Notes: a model not told the origin generated them from the sequence alone. A stretch of 64,000 nucleotides of DNA from Candidatus Bathyarchaeota archaeon (GCA_963806535.1 CAWDYC010000005.1:32001-96000); one strand, 5' to 3'; shown: positions 10,218-22,493, counted from the stretch's first letter. Program-made: numbers and translations.

Positions 10218-10460
10218 ATGAAATTAATTAAAGGCTGGAAAAAAATAAGCAATGAAGGCGGCTTTGTAAATGAAACTACTGGCCAAACCTTGATTGTTTC
10301 AAAAAAAGAATTCAGTCAAAACTACCATGTGCTTCTCTTTATTGGCGAGCAGACCGAGAAAAAAGAGGGTAAAAAAATCTCACCTGATTTTCGCACAGAG
10401 ACTAAAGCTGAAACCTTCGCCATCGATTGGATGGGGAAGCACCCAGACGGAACAGCTTAG
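10218..10460 (+). CDS. Hypothetical protein
   Basis: 80 aa ORF following the previous gene, protein-like composition. Confidence 0.7.
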   Translation: MKLIKGWKKISNEGGFVNETTGQTLIVSKKEFSQNYHVLLFIGEQTEKKEGKKISPDFRTETKAETFAIDWMGKHPDGTA

Positions 10461-10591
10461 TCTGCTTCAAAATATAGGGTTTAATGCTTAAGGTTTTTTG
10501 AAAAGAAATTATTTGATTTATATTCTTCTTAATAATTAATATTATAAGTTGTAAAGGACAATTTTTTACAGCGACAAGAAGGGAGAAATTT

Positions 10592-10729
10592 ATGTATAAT
10601 AGTTACAAAAACGTATTTAGTGAAAGTTATAAATGTAGAATTTGTTCAGCTCATTTCAAAAATCCTGAAGAATTAAGAGTTCACAGAATGGTTAGCCACA
10701 AAGGCCATATGCTTGCAGTAAAACGTTAA
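10592..10729 (+). CDS. C2H2 zinc-finger microprotein (45 aa, not in ORF track)
   Basis: MYNSYKNVFSESYKCRICSAHFKNPEELRVHRMVSHKGHMLAVKR; Y-x-C-x2-C-x3-F-x5-L-x2-H-x4-H; GGGAG SD. Confidence 0.75.
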   Translation: MYNSYKNVFSESYKCRICSAHFKNPEELRVHRMVSHKGHMLAVKR

Positions 10730-11033
10730 AAAAATCCTCAAAACCAATTCTACAACAGGATTATTGAATCAGTGCTGAACTATCATTTTCTAAGGCTATG
10801 AAACTTGCGAGTTTGGGTATTTCTTGCTTTGGTATTTGGCTATTAAAGACGAAGATCCAAGTTTTCGTAGGTACATTAGGCTTTGGAGATTTAGAAGTTA
10901 GTTTCTGCAGTTGAGGCAAAAAGTAAGTTTCTGCTTGTTCTTTGTCATATCTTATTTTCTGAAATTTGAGGATTGTTCGATTGAGACGTGAAAAAATAAC
11001 AAAGAATCAGAGAACAACAGACGGTAAATGTTA

Positions 11034-11074
11034 GTCAAGAAAGTTTGACTAAACCTTGGTCAAGAATCCTTGAC
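11034..11074. promoter_or_regulatory. Tandem palindromic operator pair GTCAA-N6-TTGAC
   Basis: GTCAAGAAAGTTTGAC (11034-11049) and GTCAAGAATCCTTGAC (11059-11074), just upstream of a BRE/TATA-like stretch. Confidence 0.6.
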
Positions 11075-11127
11075 GAAAACGCTTTTACATTAAAATTTTC
11101 TTCAAAGGTCTTTGGAGGAAAAGACGG

Positions 11128-11364
11128 ATGGGCGAATCAATTGATCTCGGTTTGGTCTTAACGATTCTCGCTGCTTTATTTGCTCTTGCCCCTAAACTCG
11201 CCTCACCAGAACAAATAGTGGTTGCATCTCTCTCAACTACTTTTATTGTGGGTGCATTCTGGAAAATAAGCCATTACTTAAGCACTAAACTATCAACGGC
11301 AAAAAAGTTTTGTGCCCAGCTCTCCTCCATTGTCAATTTCGGAATGTTTGCGTTTGAGGAATAA
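11128..11364 (+). CDS. Small membrane protein
   Basis: GGAGG SD; two hydrophobic segments; stop 3 nt before the next ATG. Confidence 0.5.
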   Translation: MGESIDLGLVLTILAALFALAPKLASPEQIVVASLSTTFIVGAFWKISHYLSTKLSTAKKFCAQLSSIVNFGMFAFEE

Positions 11365-11367
11365 ACT

Positions 11368-12348
11368 ATGAGCAAGGTCTTAACACTAACTCGGAAAACT
11401 AATAACAACCACGATTTATCTGAAACGCCAAGATCCCTTGAAGCACAGTGTAGAAACTGCACTCCAATAACCCCGATATATTGCATAACACGCTGCAAAG
11501 TGTACCGACTAAAAAATGAATTAAGAACTGTATACGCAGCAATGAATAATCCCAACTATGTAAATGAGCTTTTCAATGTCATAAAAAACGATGTAAGATT
11601 TCATATTCTTCAGACGATAGTAAACGGCAGATATTCAGCAAACAAGATACAAAAGGAACTTACAAGAACAGGTCATAGAATCAGTAAACACAATATCTGC
11701 GACGAATACTTGCATCCTTTGATGGCAATAGGTTTAGCCGCTGAAGAACGAAACGAATATTACCCAACTACTTTCGGCGGTCGAGTAGCCGAAACGTTAG
11801 GAGGTTTGCCCGACTTTGCTAAATTACTCCCTGCTCGTTCAGAAGGCTACGAGGAGATTCTTCTTCAATCCTTGCTTCCAGGACCTAAAACGTTTGAAGG
11901 CATAAAAGATCTTATTCTACCGAGAACTATTTCACGAACACTCAAACGTTTACGCACAGCTGGTTTGATAAAAACCAGAGCGAAGAGCGATTACATATTT
12001 TTCTTTAAATCAAGACGAAATCCAATCAAGGAAACTTTCACAACTGCGGAACAAAAGATTTACAATGCAATTGACTTAGATGGAATTTCCGCCGGAATGC
12101 TCGCAAAGAAAACAGGGTTTTCTTTGCGAAGAACCTACAAGACCTTAAGATGCTTGAAAGGCAAAAAACTTGTCTTCACAAGAAGAACGCCGAAGGTTTA
12201 TGGCTTAACCAGTAAAGGTGAAAAGTTGGCTTCAGTCCTGCAGGAAATCTATCAAATAGTCAACGAGACTTGGGGCTCTTCTGAAAAGGTTATGCAGGAA
12301 ACTCCTCTCACATTAGAAGGTGGCTTATCCAAAAATGCACTCCGCTAA
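11368..12348 (+). CDS. Multi-wHTH DNA-binding protein with N-terminal Cys cluster
   Basis: CRNC-x6-C-x3-C, then repeated wHTH-like segments (Y.PT.FG, SRTLKRL...GLI, YGLTSKG). Confidence 0.7.
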   Translation: MSKVLTLTRKTNNNHDLSETPRSLEAQCRNCTPITPIYCITRCKVYRLKNELRTVYAAMNNPNYVNELFNVIKNDVRFHILQTIVNGRYSANKIQKELTRTGHRISKHNICDEYLHPLMAIGLAAEERNEYYPTTFGGRVAETLGGLPDFAKLLPARSEGYEEILLQSLLPGPKTFEGIKDLILPRTISRTLKRLRTAGLIKTRAKSDYIFFFKSRRNPIKETFTTAEQKIYNAIDLDGISAGMLAKKTGFSLRRTYKTLRCLKGKKLVFTRRTPKVYGLTSKGEKLASVLQEIYQIVNETWGSSEKVMQETPLTLEGGLSKNALR

Positions 12349-13612
12349 ACCAATCGACATCATAAACGTGAGAATAACTCACAAGACGGCGCATGTTCCA
12401 CTTTTGGAAGCTGTGTCTTTTAAAAACAAAACAAACGCTTACTCCGAAATTAGCTTGCTTGATGGTGTGCAGGAATCGGTGCTTATCCAAACATGCAATC
12501 GCATTGAACTTTACCTTGTAAGCCAAGATGGGTACAAAACAGTCAAAGCAGCAGTGGCATATTTGGCGAACCGCGCGTCAACCCAAACAGGGGAAGCATG
12601 TGAAGCAATTGAATTTGCAGTTAACCATGATGCACTTGACCATTTGCTGAGGGTTGCTGCTGGGTTGGAATCCATGGTTATAGGCGAAGATCAGGTTACA
12701 AATCAAGTGTGGAATGCTTACCTTGAAGCTGAAAAAGCAAAAGCCGTAGGTCCTGTTCTTAGTCTTGTGTTTAATCGCGCAGTAAATGTGGGTAGACGTG
12801 TAAGGCGAGAGACGGGCATAAGCAAAGGGGCTGTTTCCGTCGGCTCGGCGGCGGTGGAATTGGCTGAAAGTTTGGTCGGAAGCCTTGATGAAAAGAAAAT
12901 TCTTGTTATGGGCGCTGGCGAAACTGGCACCCTCGTTGCCAAATCAATGGCCCGTCGATGCCTGAGCCCGATATTCATTGCAAACAGGACTTTTGAACGT
13001 GCGTTGAGATTAGCTGACGAGCTTGGTGGCAAAGCAGTAAAGTTTGACAAGTTGGGTGAAGTTCTTGTGGACGCCGATGTTGTATTTTGCTCCACCTCTG
13101 CCCCACATTATCTGTTGACAAAAGACTTAGTTTCTAACCTTGTAACAAAACGCCAAAATAATAATGACCTTCTAATAATCGATATTTCAAACCCGCGGAA
13201 CGTTGAGGAAATCATCAAAGAACTACCACATATGAAGCTATTCAACATTGATGACTTAACATCAATTGCAGACCAAAACAAAATGGAACGACAGAAAAGC
13301 ATGCAGGACGCCTTCAAAATAGTCAATGAAGAACTTGCAGTACTCGAAAATGCAATTAGAGAAGATTCCGTCCGAGAAATCGTTTCTGAATTGCTTTCGC
13401 AACTCGAAAAAAACCGCCAAAGAGAACTTACAAAAGCCCTTAACATGATGGATGAATTGGATGAGCGGCAGAGAAAGATCGTGAGTGATTTAACCAGTAT
13501 TCTTTTGAAGCACATGTTTTTACCACTTGTCGAAAACTTTCGCCGAGCCGCCGCAAATGATGAGACGGAACTTATCGAAGCTGGATCAAAGTTATTTGAA
13601 ATAAAGGCTTAG
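12320..13612 (+). CDS. hemA: Glutamyl-tRNA reductase
   Basis: TCNRIE catalytic Cys, GLESMVIGEDQ, GAGETG, ANRT, DISNPRNV; true start may be ATG 12335. Confidence 0.93.
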   Translation: MAYPKMHSAKPIDIINVRITHKTAHVPLLEAVSFKNKTNAYSEISLLDGVQESVLIQTCNRIELYLVSQDGYKTVKAAVAYLANRASTQTGEACEAIEFAVNHDALDHLLRVAAGLESMVIGEDQVTNQVWNAYLEAEKAKAVGPVLSLVFNRAVNVGRRVRRETGISKGAVSVGSAAVELAESLVGSLDEKKILVMGAGETGTLVAKSMARRCLSPIFIANRTFERALRLADELGGKAVKFDKLGEVLVDADVVFCSTSAPHYLLTKDLVSNLVTKRQNNNDLLIIDISNPRNVEEIIKELPHMKLFNIDDLTSIADQNKMERQKSMQDAFKIVNEELAVLENAIREDSVREIVSELLSQLEKNRQRELTKALNMMDELDERQRKIVSDLTSILLKHMFLPLVENFRRAAANDETELIEAGSKLFEIKA

Positions 13613-13933
13613 TAAATCCTTCCGAAGGACAAAGAAACATCAACAGGATCTAGGGCGAATATTCAAAAATGAATAGACTGGATTATGGCTTGACTTATCC
13701 TATGGCACCCCATTCGTGAAAGGCCCTTGCCCAGTCAGTGTACGCTGTAAAGACTCTATCGAAAACTTTTTTGATTTTTGATCTATAGCATGCGAAAAAT
13801 TTTCTACGACAATCCTTTCTGGGTTCTATGAAGTCTTTTCTCTTTAACTCAAACTAAATGAACCTCAAAAGAAAAATACTGCTTGGTTAATTTCATTTCT
13901 ACAGAAAATAAATGGTGTTAGAGGAAACGAAAC

Positions 13934-14158
13934 ATGACAAAATGGGAGTATGTCTCAATTGCTCTGGTAAAAGGAGTAATAGATGCCGGTGTTAAAACAC
14001 AAGAAGATTTGTTGAATAAATATGGTTTAGATGGATGGGAATTGGTTTCTATTGTTGCGCTTCAAATTAATCAAAGTTTTGAAGTAGTTGCTTATCTAAA
14101 ACGAGAATTAAGAACCAATAGTATACTTAACGATAATCAAGAGAAAGGTAACAGCTAA
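13934..14158 (+). CDS. DUF4177-like small protein
   Basis: KWEY...LNKYG.DGWELVS...YLKR. Confidence 0.75.
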   Translation: MTKWEYVSIALVKGVIDAGVKTQEDLLNKYGLDGWELVSIVALQINQSFEVVAYLKRELRTNSILNDNQEKGNS

Positions 14159-14270
14159 AAGAGATTAATCAATCAACCGAATATGTAACCGACCATTTTT
14201 TTCTTTTATATTTCTATGTAAATCCAGCTTATCGCTCTCGTTTTGCAATAGGAATTCCCCGGACGGGTTC

Positions 14271-14507
14271 TCAGGTTTTGATTTTTTTGATTCTGTCATA
14301 GGATGCGAGGTAACCCTGTCCTTTCATTGTGGTGACATATTTGTCGTTGTTTTGCATAAGCATACTTTGATTTGTGAGAATTGTCAAATAGGATTCTGCT
14401 TGCGCATCATTCAAACCTAACTTGTTCATAATTCTGCCCTTATCTTTTGATGTTTTGCAGAAACGGATAATATGAGGCACAATTCCTAATATACCACTAA
14501 AAACCAT
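14271..14507 (-). CDS. Small winged-helix protein
   Basis: IM.K.GLN..QA..YL..L...ML...Y.TT.KG..YL pattern. Confidence 0.6.
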   Translation of the reverse strand: MVFSGILGIVPHIIRFCKTSKDKGRIMNKLGLNDAQAESYLTILTNQSMLMQNNDKYVTTMKGQGYLASYDRIKKIKT

Positions 14508-14802
14508 TCAGTTCACAAGACATTGTCGGTTGGGTAACAATTAAACATGTGCGACTGTTGACCAACTGTAACAAGCGACCGTATACTCGATTCTGACTAT
14601 ACCCTTACCATATTTTGACTTGATTTCTAATACTACTCTGTCTTTTCATTTTTATTCATAGCCTGTATGAACTTGGAACGACTATGGCAAAAAAAAACGC
14701 TAGATTGTCGGTGTCGATTAACAGTCACACGCGTTTAACTCTGCCAATGGCTCTTTATAATGTAGCTCAAATCTTGGGCGTAGAAACGAAGGTTAGATAA
14801 TT

Positions 14803-15093
14803 ATGAAAAGTAAAGAGTTTATTGATAAAGATGTGTTTGCGTTAGATGAAAAAATCGGCAAAATTAAAGAAGTGGAAGTAGATGCTGATGAGTGGAAAGT
14901 TACTCATCTTGAGGTCGAATTGGAAAAGGACGTTGCTGAGTCTGTGCTTGGCGCAAAGAAAGGCGGAGTACGAAACATGCTGGACATTTCAGCTTTAGAG
15001 AAAGGGACTGGCATGTGGATGGATAATGGATTGCACTTAAAAGTTGCAAAAGACAAGCTTCACATGTACCTAAGACCAGTAGTTAAAACTTAG
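14803..15093 (+). CDS. PRC-barrel domain protein
   Basis: FIDKDV...KIGKIKEVEVD..EWKVTHLEV. Confidence 0.7.
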   Translation: MKSKEFIDKDVFALDEKIGKIKEVEVDADEWKVTHLEVELEKDVAESVLGAKKGGVRNMLDISALEKGTGMWMDNGLHLKVAKDKLHMYLRPVVKT

Positions 15094-15135
15094 GCCTGCG
15101 TAATTTTTAGCGTATTTTAGGAGGTGTAACAAATT

Positions 15136-15333
15136 ATGCCAGAACAACAAATAGACGTCAAGGAACAGATACAGAAGATGGGTGAAAAATGGAGTGAATT
15201 CCAGAAAACTTGGGTTTCACACTTCAAAGACATGGAGGTAGATGTATTAGAATGGAACTTTGGTGTTGGAAAAACCGGTGAAGACACTATCTTTGAAATG
15301 AAAGCTAAGGTCGCTGTAAGACAAAAGAAGTAG
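15136..15333 (+). CDS. Hypothetical protein
   Basis: 65 aa; strong GGAGGTG SD. Confidence 0.7.
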   Translation: MPEQQIDVKEQIQKMGEKWSEFQKTWVSHFKDMEVDVLEWNFGVGKTGEDTIFEMKAKVAVRQKK

Positions 15334-15470
15334 TGATCCTTATCGGATGCCAGGTGGACGAGCATCCTTCTTTGTTAAGACCCAGACACATTTTTTACTG
15401 TTGGTTTAGCCTTCTTCTATGTAATTGGTTTAGGAATCTCAATAGGTAAAATCTCAGTGTTGGATATATA

Positions 15471-15974
15471 TTGATAACTAAAGAAATAAAAATAAAAAAA
15501 ACAAATGATGAAATAGACAAAATAGCACAGAGGATTTTGTTAGAGCTTGAATCTGCAAGTTCCACAGATTTATCAGACGCACGTTATGCTAAAATGATGT
15601 TACGTTTGTCAGACGCCCATTACGTAAAAGGGGTACTGCAAAAGATAGGTGATGATAAATCTGGGGCTGAAAATGAGTTGGAAAAGAGAGCGATGATCAA
15701 GGTTCTGTTGTTTTCTACGTGGTTGCAGCGACTTTATTTTATTATAAGATCTTTTCTAATGGGGCTCATAAGTGCTGGGGTTACTTATCTTATTATAGGG
15801 TATCTTGGTTCAATAAATGTCATTGGAAGTATAATAATCGGCACGTTTGTGTTTGTATTTTCTCTGGCGGTAACACGATTGCTTGATACTCAAATAACGC
15901 AAGCTACAAAAAAGATTGTTGAACTCATGACAAGTCATAGTGTCATTAGGGATTTTATTATGAAACACTTCTAA
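15471..15974 (+). CDS. Hypothetical membrane protein
   Basis: 167 aa, two C-terminal TM segments. Confidence 0.65.
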   Translation: MITKEIKIKKTNDEIDKIAQRILLELESASSTDLSDARYAKMMLRLSDAHYVKGVLQKIGDDKSGAENELEKRAMIKVLLFSTWLQRLYFIIRSFLMGLISAGVTYLIIGYLGSINVIGSIIIGTFVFVFSLAVTRLLDTQITQATKKIVELMTSHSVIRDFIMKHF

Positions 15975-16184
15975 CTCAAGAGAGCGACAATCAAATCATA
16001 TTACCGCCCCTCTTGTTGCTATAGGTTAACAGTACCACCAGAGATTATGGGCAGAACCAAGGCCTTCCAAAATCTGGGGGGTATAGTGGGAATAAGGTTT
16101 TTCGGAAAATATCTTACCATCACAACATATAAAATACAACAAAATAATGAAATATCAAATTGACTATTTCTATGCCTCACTTGT

Positions 16185-16455
16185 CTATTTGGCGGGCGGG
16201 GAGGGATTTGAACCCTCGACCCCCAACTTAGGAGGCTGGTGCTCTATCCGTACTGAGCTACTCGCCCAATCCCTTTCTAAAATGGTGCTTGAATCTGGCT
16301 TTAGTTGGTCATCATCAATCTTTTGTTCAATGTGACCAATTTGACCTATAGCGATTGGATTATCTTCTTTAGGCATTTCATTAAGTTTTCTCTGAAAATG
16401 AGCTAAGGTTTGTTGTTAGTGTTGAGACTGGGGGTTGAGCATAGATGTCGAATGA
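16185..16455 (-). pseudogene. Degenerate int(N)-like ORF reading through tRNA-Arg from its 5' side
   Basis: Upstream in-frame H*QQTLAHFQRKL resembles YYHQQSLEYTSSKL of the ORF overlapping tRNA-Pro. Confidence 0.4.
16190..16267 (-). tRNA. tRNA-Arg(CCT)
   Basis: Reverse complement GGGCGAG...CCAGC-CTCCTAA-GTTGG...GGTTCAAATCC...CCCGCCCGCCA; CCA encoded. Confidence 0.95.
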
Positions 16456-16462
16456 AAAATGA

Positions 16463-16792
16463 TTATCTTTGATGTTTTTTGATTTGTTCATTAATCTTTT
16501 TTGCCATGTATTCATGGTCAGATGCGTCAGCGAACCTGTACCAGATGTTCCAGTAGTGACTGTTTATTTGTAGCTGTGCCTCCCTTTTCGTTGCCGTCCT
16601 ATTATAAGTCAAAGGGTCTTTTATTGACCAGAATTTCATCTTGCGATATAACCGATAAATATCCAACCCAAAAATCGCAAAGAAAAAACTCGCCCCAAAA
16701 AGGCTCTTAGCAAAAACAAAAACAGCAAATAGTGAGAATTCAACACTAAGGAACATACCGCTGAGAAACAATGAAGTCTTCTTATGACGCAT
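16463..16792 (-). CDS. Hypothetical membrane protein
   Basis: 109 aa, two N-terminal hydrophobic segments. Confidence 0.5.
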   Translation of the reverse strand: MRHKKTSLFLSGMFLSVEFSLFAVFVFAKSLFGASFFFAIFGLDIYRLYRKMKFWSIKDPLTYNRTATKREAQLQINSHYWNIWYRFADASDHEYMAKKINEQIKKHQR

Positions 16793-17018
16793 TAGTTAGC
16801 CTGATAAATAATGTACGATTTTAATGTTTTTGCTTTTTATTAATATTAGCCAAGCTTCTGAAGAGAAAACAACGTTTCAAAGAACATTACTAAATAGCAC
16901 TCTAAATTGTGTAGATATTAGTTCAATCACATTCGTTTTAGACAATAATTGCATGGAAGTCCACAAAGTTTTAAAGCGTTGTAATGGGAACTATGTGTTT
17001 AAGTTAACTGTGATTGCT

Positions 17019-18077
17019 TTGACTTTAAGCTACCATTACATGCAGCTTCCACGCGAAGTCACCGTTGGACAAGGAACTTTGCAGCGTGTTCCAGAAGTCG
17101 TAAAAAGACTAGGTCTTCATGGGAAAGCGTTAGTATTGTCAGACCGAATATGTTATGATTTAGCTGGAAAAAAAGTATCTGATTTACTTGTCGAGGCAGG
17201 TTTGTCTGTTGATTTTCTTTTCGTTAAGACAATGACCCCGAAAGATATTTCAGATATTCAAGTTCAAATTAAGAAGTTAAAGCCACAAGTTCTTTTCGGT
17301 GTAGGCGGCGGAACAATAATTGATTCTGCGAAAGTAAGTTCTGGAAGCCAAAATATCCCCTTTATCAGTATACCCACTAGTGTCGCCCACGACGGTATAG
17401 CAAGCCCTCTTGCTTCCATTAAAGGTTCAGATAAACCCTATTCTGTACTTGCGCAATCGCCGCTGGCAATAATAGCTGATACAAACGTTATTGCCCAAGC
17501 GCCCTGGCGATTCGTAATAAGCGGCTGCGGAGACGTCATCGCTAAGTTTACAGCCGTTAAAGATTGGAAACTAGCACACCTGGAAGCCAACGAGTACTAT
17601 GGTGAATACGCGGCAAGCTTAGCCCTAATGAGCGCCAAACTTGCAATTGAAAATGCAGAGTTAATTGTCTCCCATGAAGATGAAGGGTTACGAATACTTC
17701 TTGAAGCTTTAATTAGCTGCGGGGTTGCCATGAGTATCGCCGGAAGCAGTCGCCCCTGCAGTGGCTCAGAACATCTATTTAGCCATGCATTAGACATGAT
17801 TAATCACCATCACGCAATGCACGGCGAACAATGCGGCGTAGGCTCGATATTAATTGCTTATCTCTACAAATCAAATTGGCAAAAAATAAGAAATACCCTC
17901 AAACAGATAGGTGCACCAACAACGGCTGCCGAATTAGGCGTCGAAGACCATGAGATAGTCAAAGCGTTGGAGTTAGCAGCAAAAATAAGGCCCGAACGCT
18001 ACACTATTCTGAATAAGCTTAATCTGGATTTTGATGATTGCGAGAAAACAGCTAAGGCAACAGGAATAATCAGCTAA
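17019..18077 (+). CDS. egsA: sn-glycerol-1-phosphate dehydrogenase
   Basis: LPREV.VG, GVGGG..ID..K, HDGIASP, SRPCSGSEHLFSHALD, HGEQCG, RPERYTIL; start TTG 17019 or ATG 17040. Confidence 0.95.
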   Translation: MTLSYHYMQLPREVTVGQGTLQRVPEVVKRLGLHGKALVLSDRICYDLAGKKVSDLLVEAGLSVDFLFVKTMTPKDISDIQVQIKKLKPQVLFGVGGGTIIDSAKVSSGSQNIPFISIPTSVAHDGIASPLASIKGSDKPYSVLAQSPLAIIADTNVIAQAPWRFVISGCGDVIAKFTAVKDWKLAHLEANEYYGEYAASLALMSAKLAIENAELIVSHEDEGLRILLEALISCGVAMSIAGSSRPCSGSEHLFSHALDMINHHHAMHGEQCGVGSILIAYLYKSNWQKIRNTLKQIGAPTTAAELGVEDHEIVKALELAAKIRPERYTILNKLNLDFDDCEKTAKATGIIS

Positions 18078-18095
18078 TTGTTTTGGAAATAAATG

Positions 18096-18364
18096 TTACA
18101 ATTGCTGAATTAATGCAAACTGGGTTCCTTCGGGGTCCTTTGCAACTGCTATCCACCCAACATTAGGGTGCTTTTTGAACATGCCACCATTTACACCAGG
18201 TCTTTGTGGTCTGCCGTTTTCGTCAACAGGAACGGTTTGGATAACCCAATAATCTAATGGCAAAGGATACTCAATAATTTTCCAATCGAAAACTTTTTAG
18301 TAAAACTGTATTAGTTTTTCAATTCTTGGGCTGGTTTTTCAAAATGAACTAATGTGTGATCCAT
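18096..18364 (-). pseudogene. VOC/glyoxalase family pseudogene
   Basis: MDHTLVHFE.PA, frameshift, FY*KVFDW, GVNGGM joined directly to PNVGW...KDPEG (internal deletion). Confidence 0.7.
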
Positions 18365-18516
18365 ACCGATTTTTCGCCTCCATATTGATTGGCCTGAAAA
18401 CAAATCGGAACTGCTTAGATTCACAACCAATTATGACATGAGGGTAAATTTAGTCTTTATGCTAAACAAAAAATGAGTTGAAGTTTACTAAGAAGGAAAA
18501 GAATTGTTGGTGGCGC

Positions 18517-19278
18517 TTATTGTGGAGCGCTGGGTTGAGCTTCCGGTTCTGTTGTCGTAGTCGGTGCTGGTACTGGGGCGGGTGCTGGTTTTGGTTCGGC
18601 TTTGAATGTTTCAACGAATTTAGTCTCACACAAGTCCGGAATGAATTTCTGAATATCCATTGCGATTCCACGTTTTGCGATTTGGATGCCTTCAACGTAG
18701 AAGGTGTCTTCTGGCATGTCAATAGTTAGATTTTTGTCTTGTATGCATAGTTTGAACTTGTCTTCTTCAACAACTGGTACGCGTCGATGGATAAGTGCGC
18801 TTATTTTTTCCTCGTTTTTCTCAAGCTTCTTGGTAACTATGGTTTCATAAATTAGGGTTCTTCCTGCAAGTGGCGGATTAAAGTCCAAAAGAACTCGTCC
18901 TGCCCCGATCGAGCGCACAGTTGCCATTTTTCCTTGAAACTCTATACGTGCTCCGATGACTGGATTAATTTCTTTTGCATAAAGTTGCTTGATTGATACG
19001 CGCTTTATCTTTTCTGGGTCCCTTGGTCCAAAGCCTTTTTCCGGTGAAATTTCTACCGTACAAGGTTTGCAAAGTTCCATCGTTGTTAAACTTTCATCTA
19101 AAGCCTTGAGAACCCAACTTTCGCCTATAACAACAAGTTTAGGATCGTAAATTTCGCCTTCTTTAAAGAGGTGCTCTTTTTTGGCGACATCTTCGTATGT
19201 TGTATCAAAAACTTCGTTTGTTTCTTTCACTTTCGAAGTATAATTGATTAGTATGAAATCTCCTTTTTGTAGGCTCAT
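18517..19278 (-). CDS. slyD: FKBP-type peptidyl-prolyl isomerase (archaeal long SlyD type)
   Basis: GDFILINYT, VFDTT, PEKGFGPRDP, LDFNPPLAG. Confidence 0.9.
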   Translation of the reverse strand: MSLQKGDFILINYTSKVKETNEVFDTTYEDVAKKEHLFKEGEIYDPKLVVIGESWVLKALDESLTTMELCKPCTVEISPEKGFGPRDPEKIKRVSIKQLYAKEINPVIGARIEFQGKMATVRSIGAGRVLLDFNPPLAGRTLIYETIVTKKLEKNEEKISALIHRRVPVVEEDKFKLCIQDKNLTIDMPEDTFYVEGIQIAKRGIAMDIQKFIPDLCETKFVETFKAEPKPAPAPVPAPTTTTEPEAQPSAPQ

Positions 19279-19609
19279 TTTGAATCATCCTTTATCTTAA
19301 CGGTCGATGTTTAAGTTTCAAACGCGAATAAAAACTTTGTCCAGACAAAAACTATTTACACTAGAATTACGGACATATTTAAAAATGTGCGACTAAAAAA
19401 AGTCTGATTTTTGATTTCAGCCTATTTTATTATCAAACAAAAAACTCCAAAAAGCCAATAAAAATGCTTAAAACCAAACCGGTCGTTTAATGGGAATTGC
19501 TTTAGTTCTTCCAAAATAATCTTCGGGCGCTGTTTACGATAAAGCTTTAAATTGCGCTTAAGTCAGAGAAAGGTGGCGAAGAACTCAGTATGTATTAGTT
19601 TGAATTTGT

Positions 19610-19719
19610 GCCGGGGTATCCTAGCCAGGCAGGGAGCAAGCCTGGAGATCCCTTTGCGGGGACCAATTAGCTTGTGGCCTCTCGGGGCCGCGGGGGTTCA
19701 AATCCCCCTCCCGGCGCCA
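19610..19719 (+). tRNA. tRNA-Ser(GGA) with 21-nt intron at 37/38 (19648-19668)
   Basis: GCCGGGG acceptor, CAAGC/GCTTG anticodon stem, long variable arm, GGTTCAAATCC, CCA; relaxed BHB around TCCC/GGGA. Confidence 0.93.
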
Positions 19720-19944
19720 ATTTACCGGTTTGGGTTGTTTTTGAGTTTATTTTGTCTAAAATATACATAGTTGAAGTTCATTCAAATTAGTGATTTGCTA
19801 CATATGAAATCTTGCAAAAGCAGGAGGGCGATCAGTTCATCGATAATTAGAGGAATCCATAATTTACTGCAAGCGAATTACCTGCAAGGGGATGCACATC
19901 AATCAGCTTCTTCAGCAGAAATCCCCGTCTTTGGAGACTGAAGG

Positions 19945-20067
19945 CTATTTGCGTTTTCTGAAAAGCTTGAAATGATCCATTTCGCAAACGTATTCGTAGC
20001 CTGCTTCTATTAGTTCACAAACTTCTTGTTCCGAGTGAGCAACTTTTGCTGTATTGTTATCGCTAGC
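19945..20067 (-). pseudogene. C-terminal remnant of an archaeal tyrosine integrase
   Basis: ASDNNTAKVAHSEQEVCELIEAGYEYVCEMDHFKLFRKRK*, matching from recall the LIEAG(F/Y)EYV...LFRKRK tail of bathyarchaeal integrases. Confidence 0.65.
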
Positions 20068-20072
20068 TCTTG

Positions 20073-22248
<2,176 letters not shown>

Positions 22249-22471
22249 TCAAAATAATACAACTCCCTTTCTGAATTTTTTCTTTGAGTTTGGACAGATT
22301 TAAAGGTTAAGCAAGTTTCACTAATTTGGATAAAATACACGATTGGGACAAAGCACGCGCCAAATAGAGATGCCGCGAAAAACAAAATCGAAGCGGCAGA
22401 AGGCCACGGTGGACGAGAGTAAGTCCGGTCCAACTTGCCCCGAAAGTTTTTACCGGTAAATTGAGGCTAGT

Positions 22472-22493
22472 ATCCCCCTCCCGGCGCCAATTT
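22472..22493 (+). repeat. att-like copy of the tRNA-Ser 3' end
   Basis: Identical to 19702-19723, with weaker similarity continuing about 40 nt downstream. Confidence 0.9.

Noticed and set aside
16824-17018. N-terminal extension of egsA
   Set aside because: Covers the likely promoter; similarity to egsA begins near HYMQLPRE
19552-19770. ORFs spanning tRNA-Ser, tRNA-Leu (37671-37883) and tRNA-Arg (16147-16335)
   Set aside because: Chance open frames across GC-rich tRNAs, with no protein-like motif outside the tRNA
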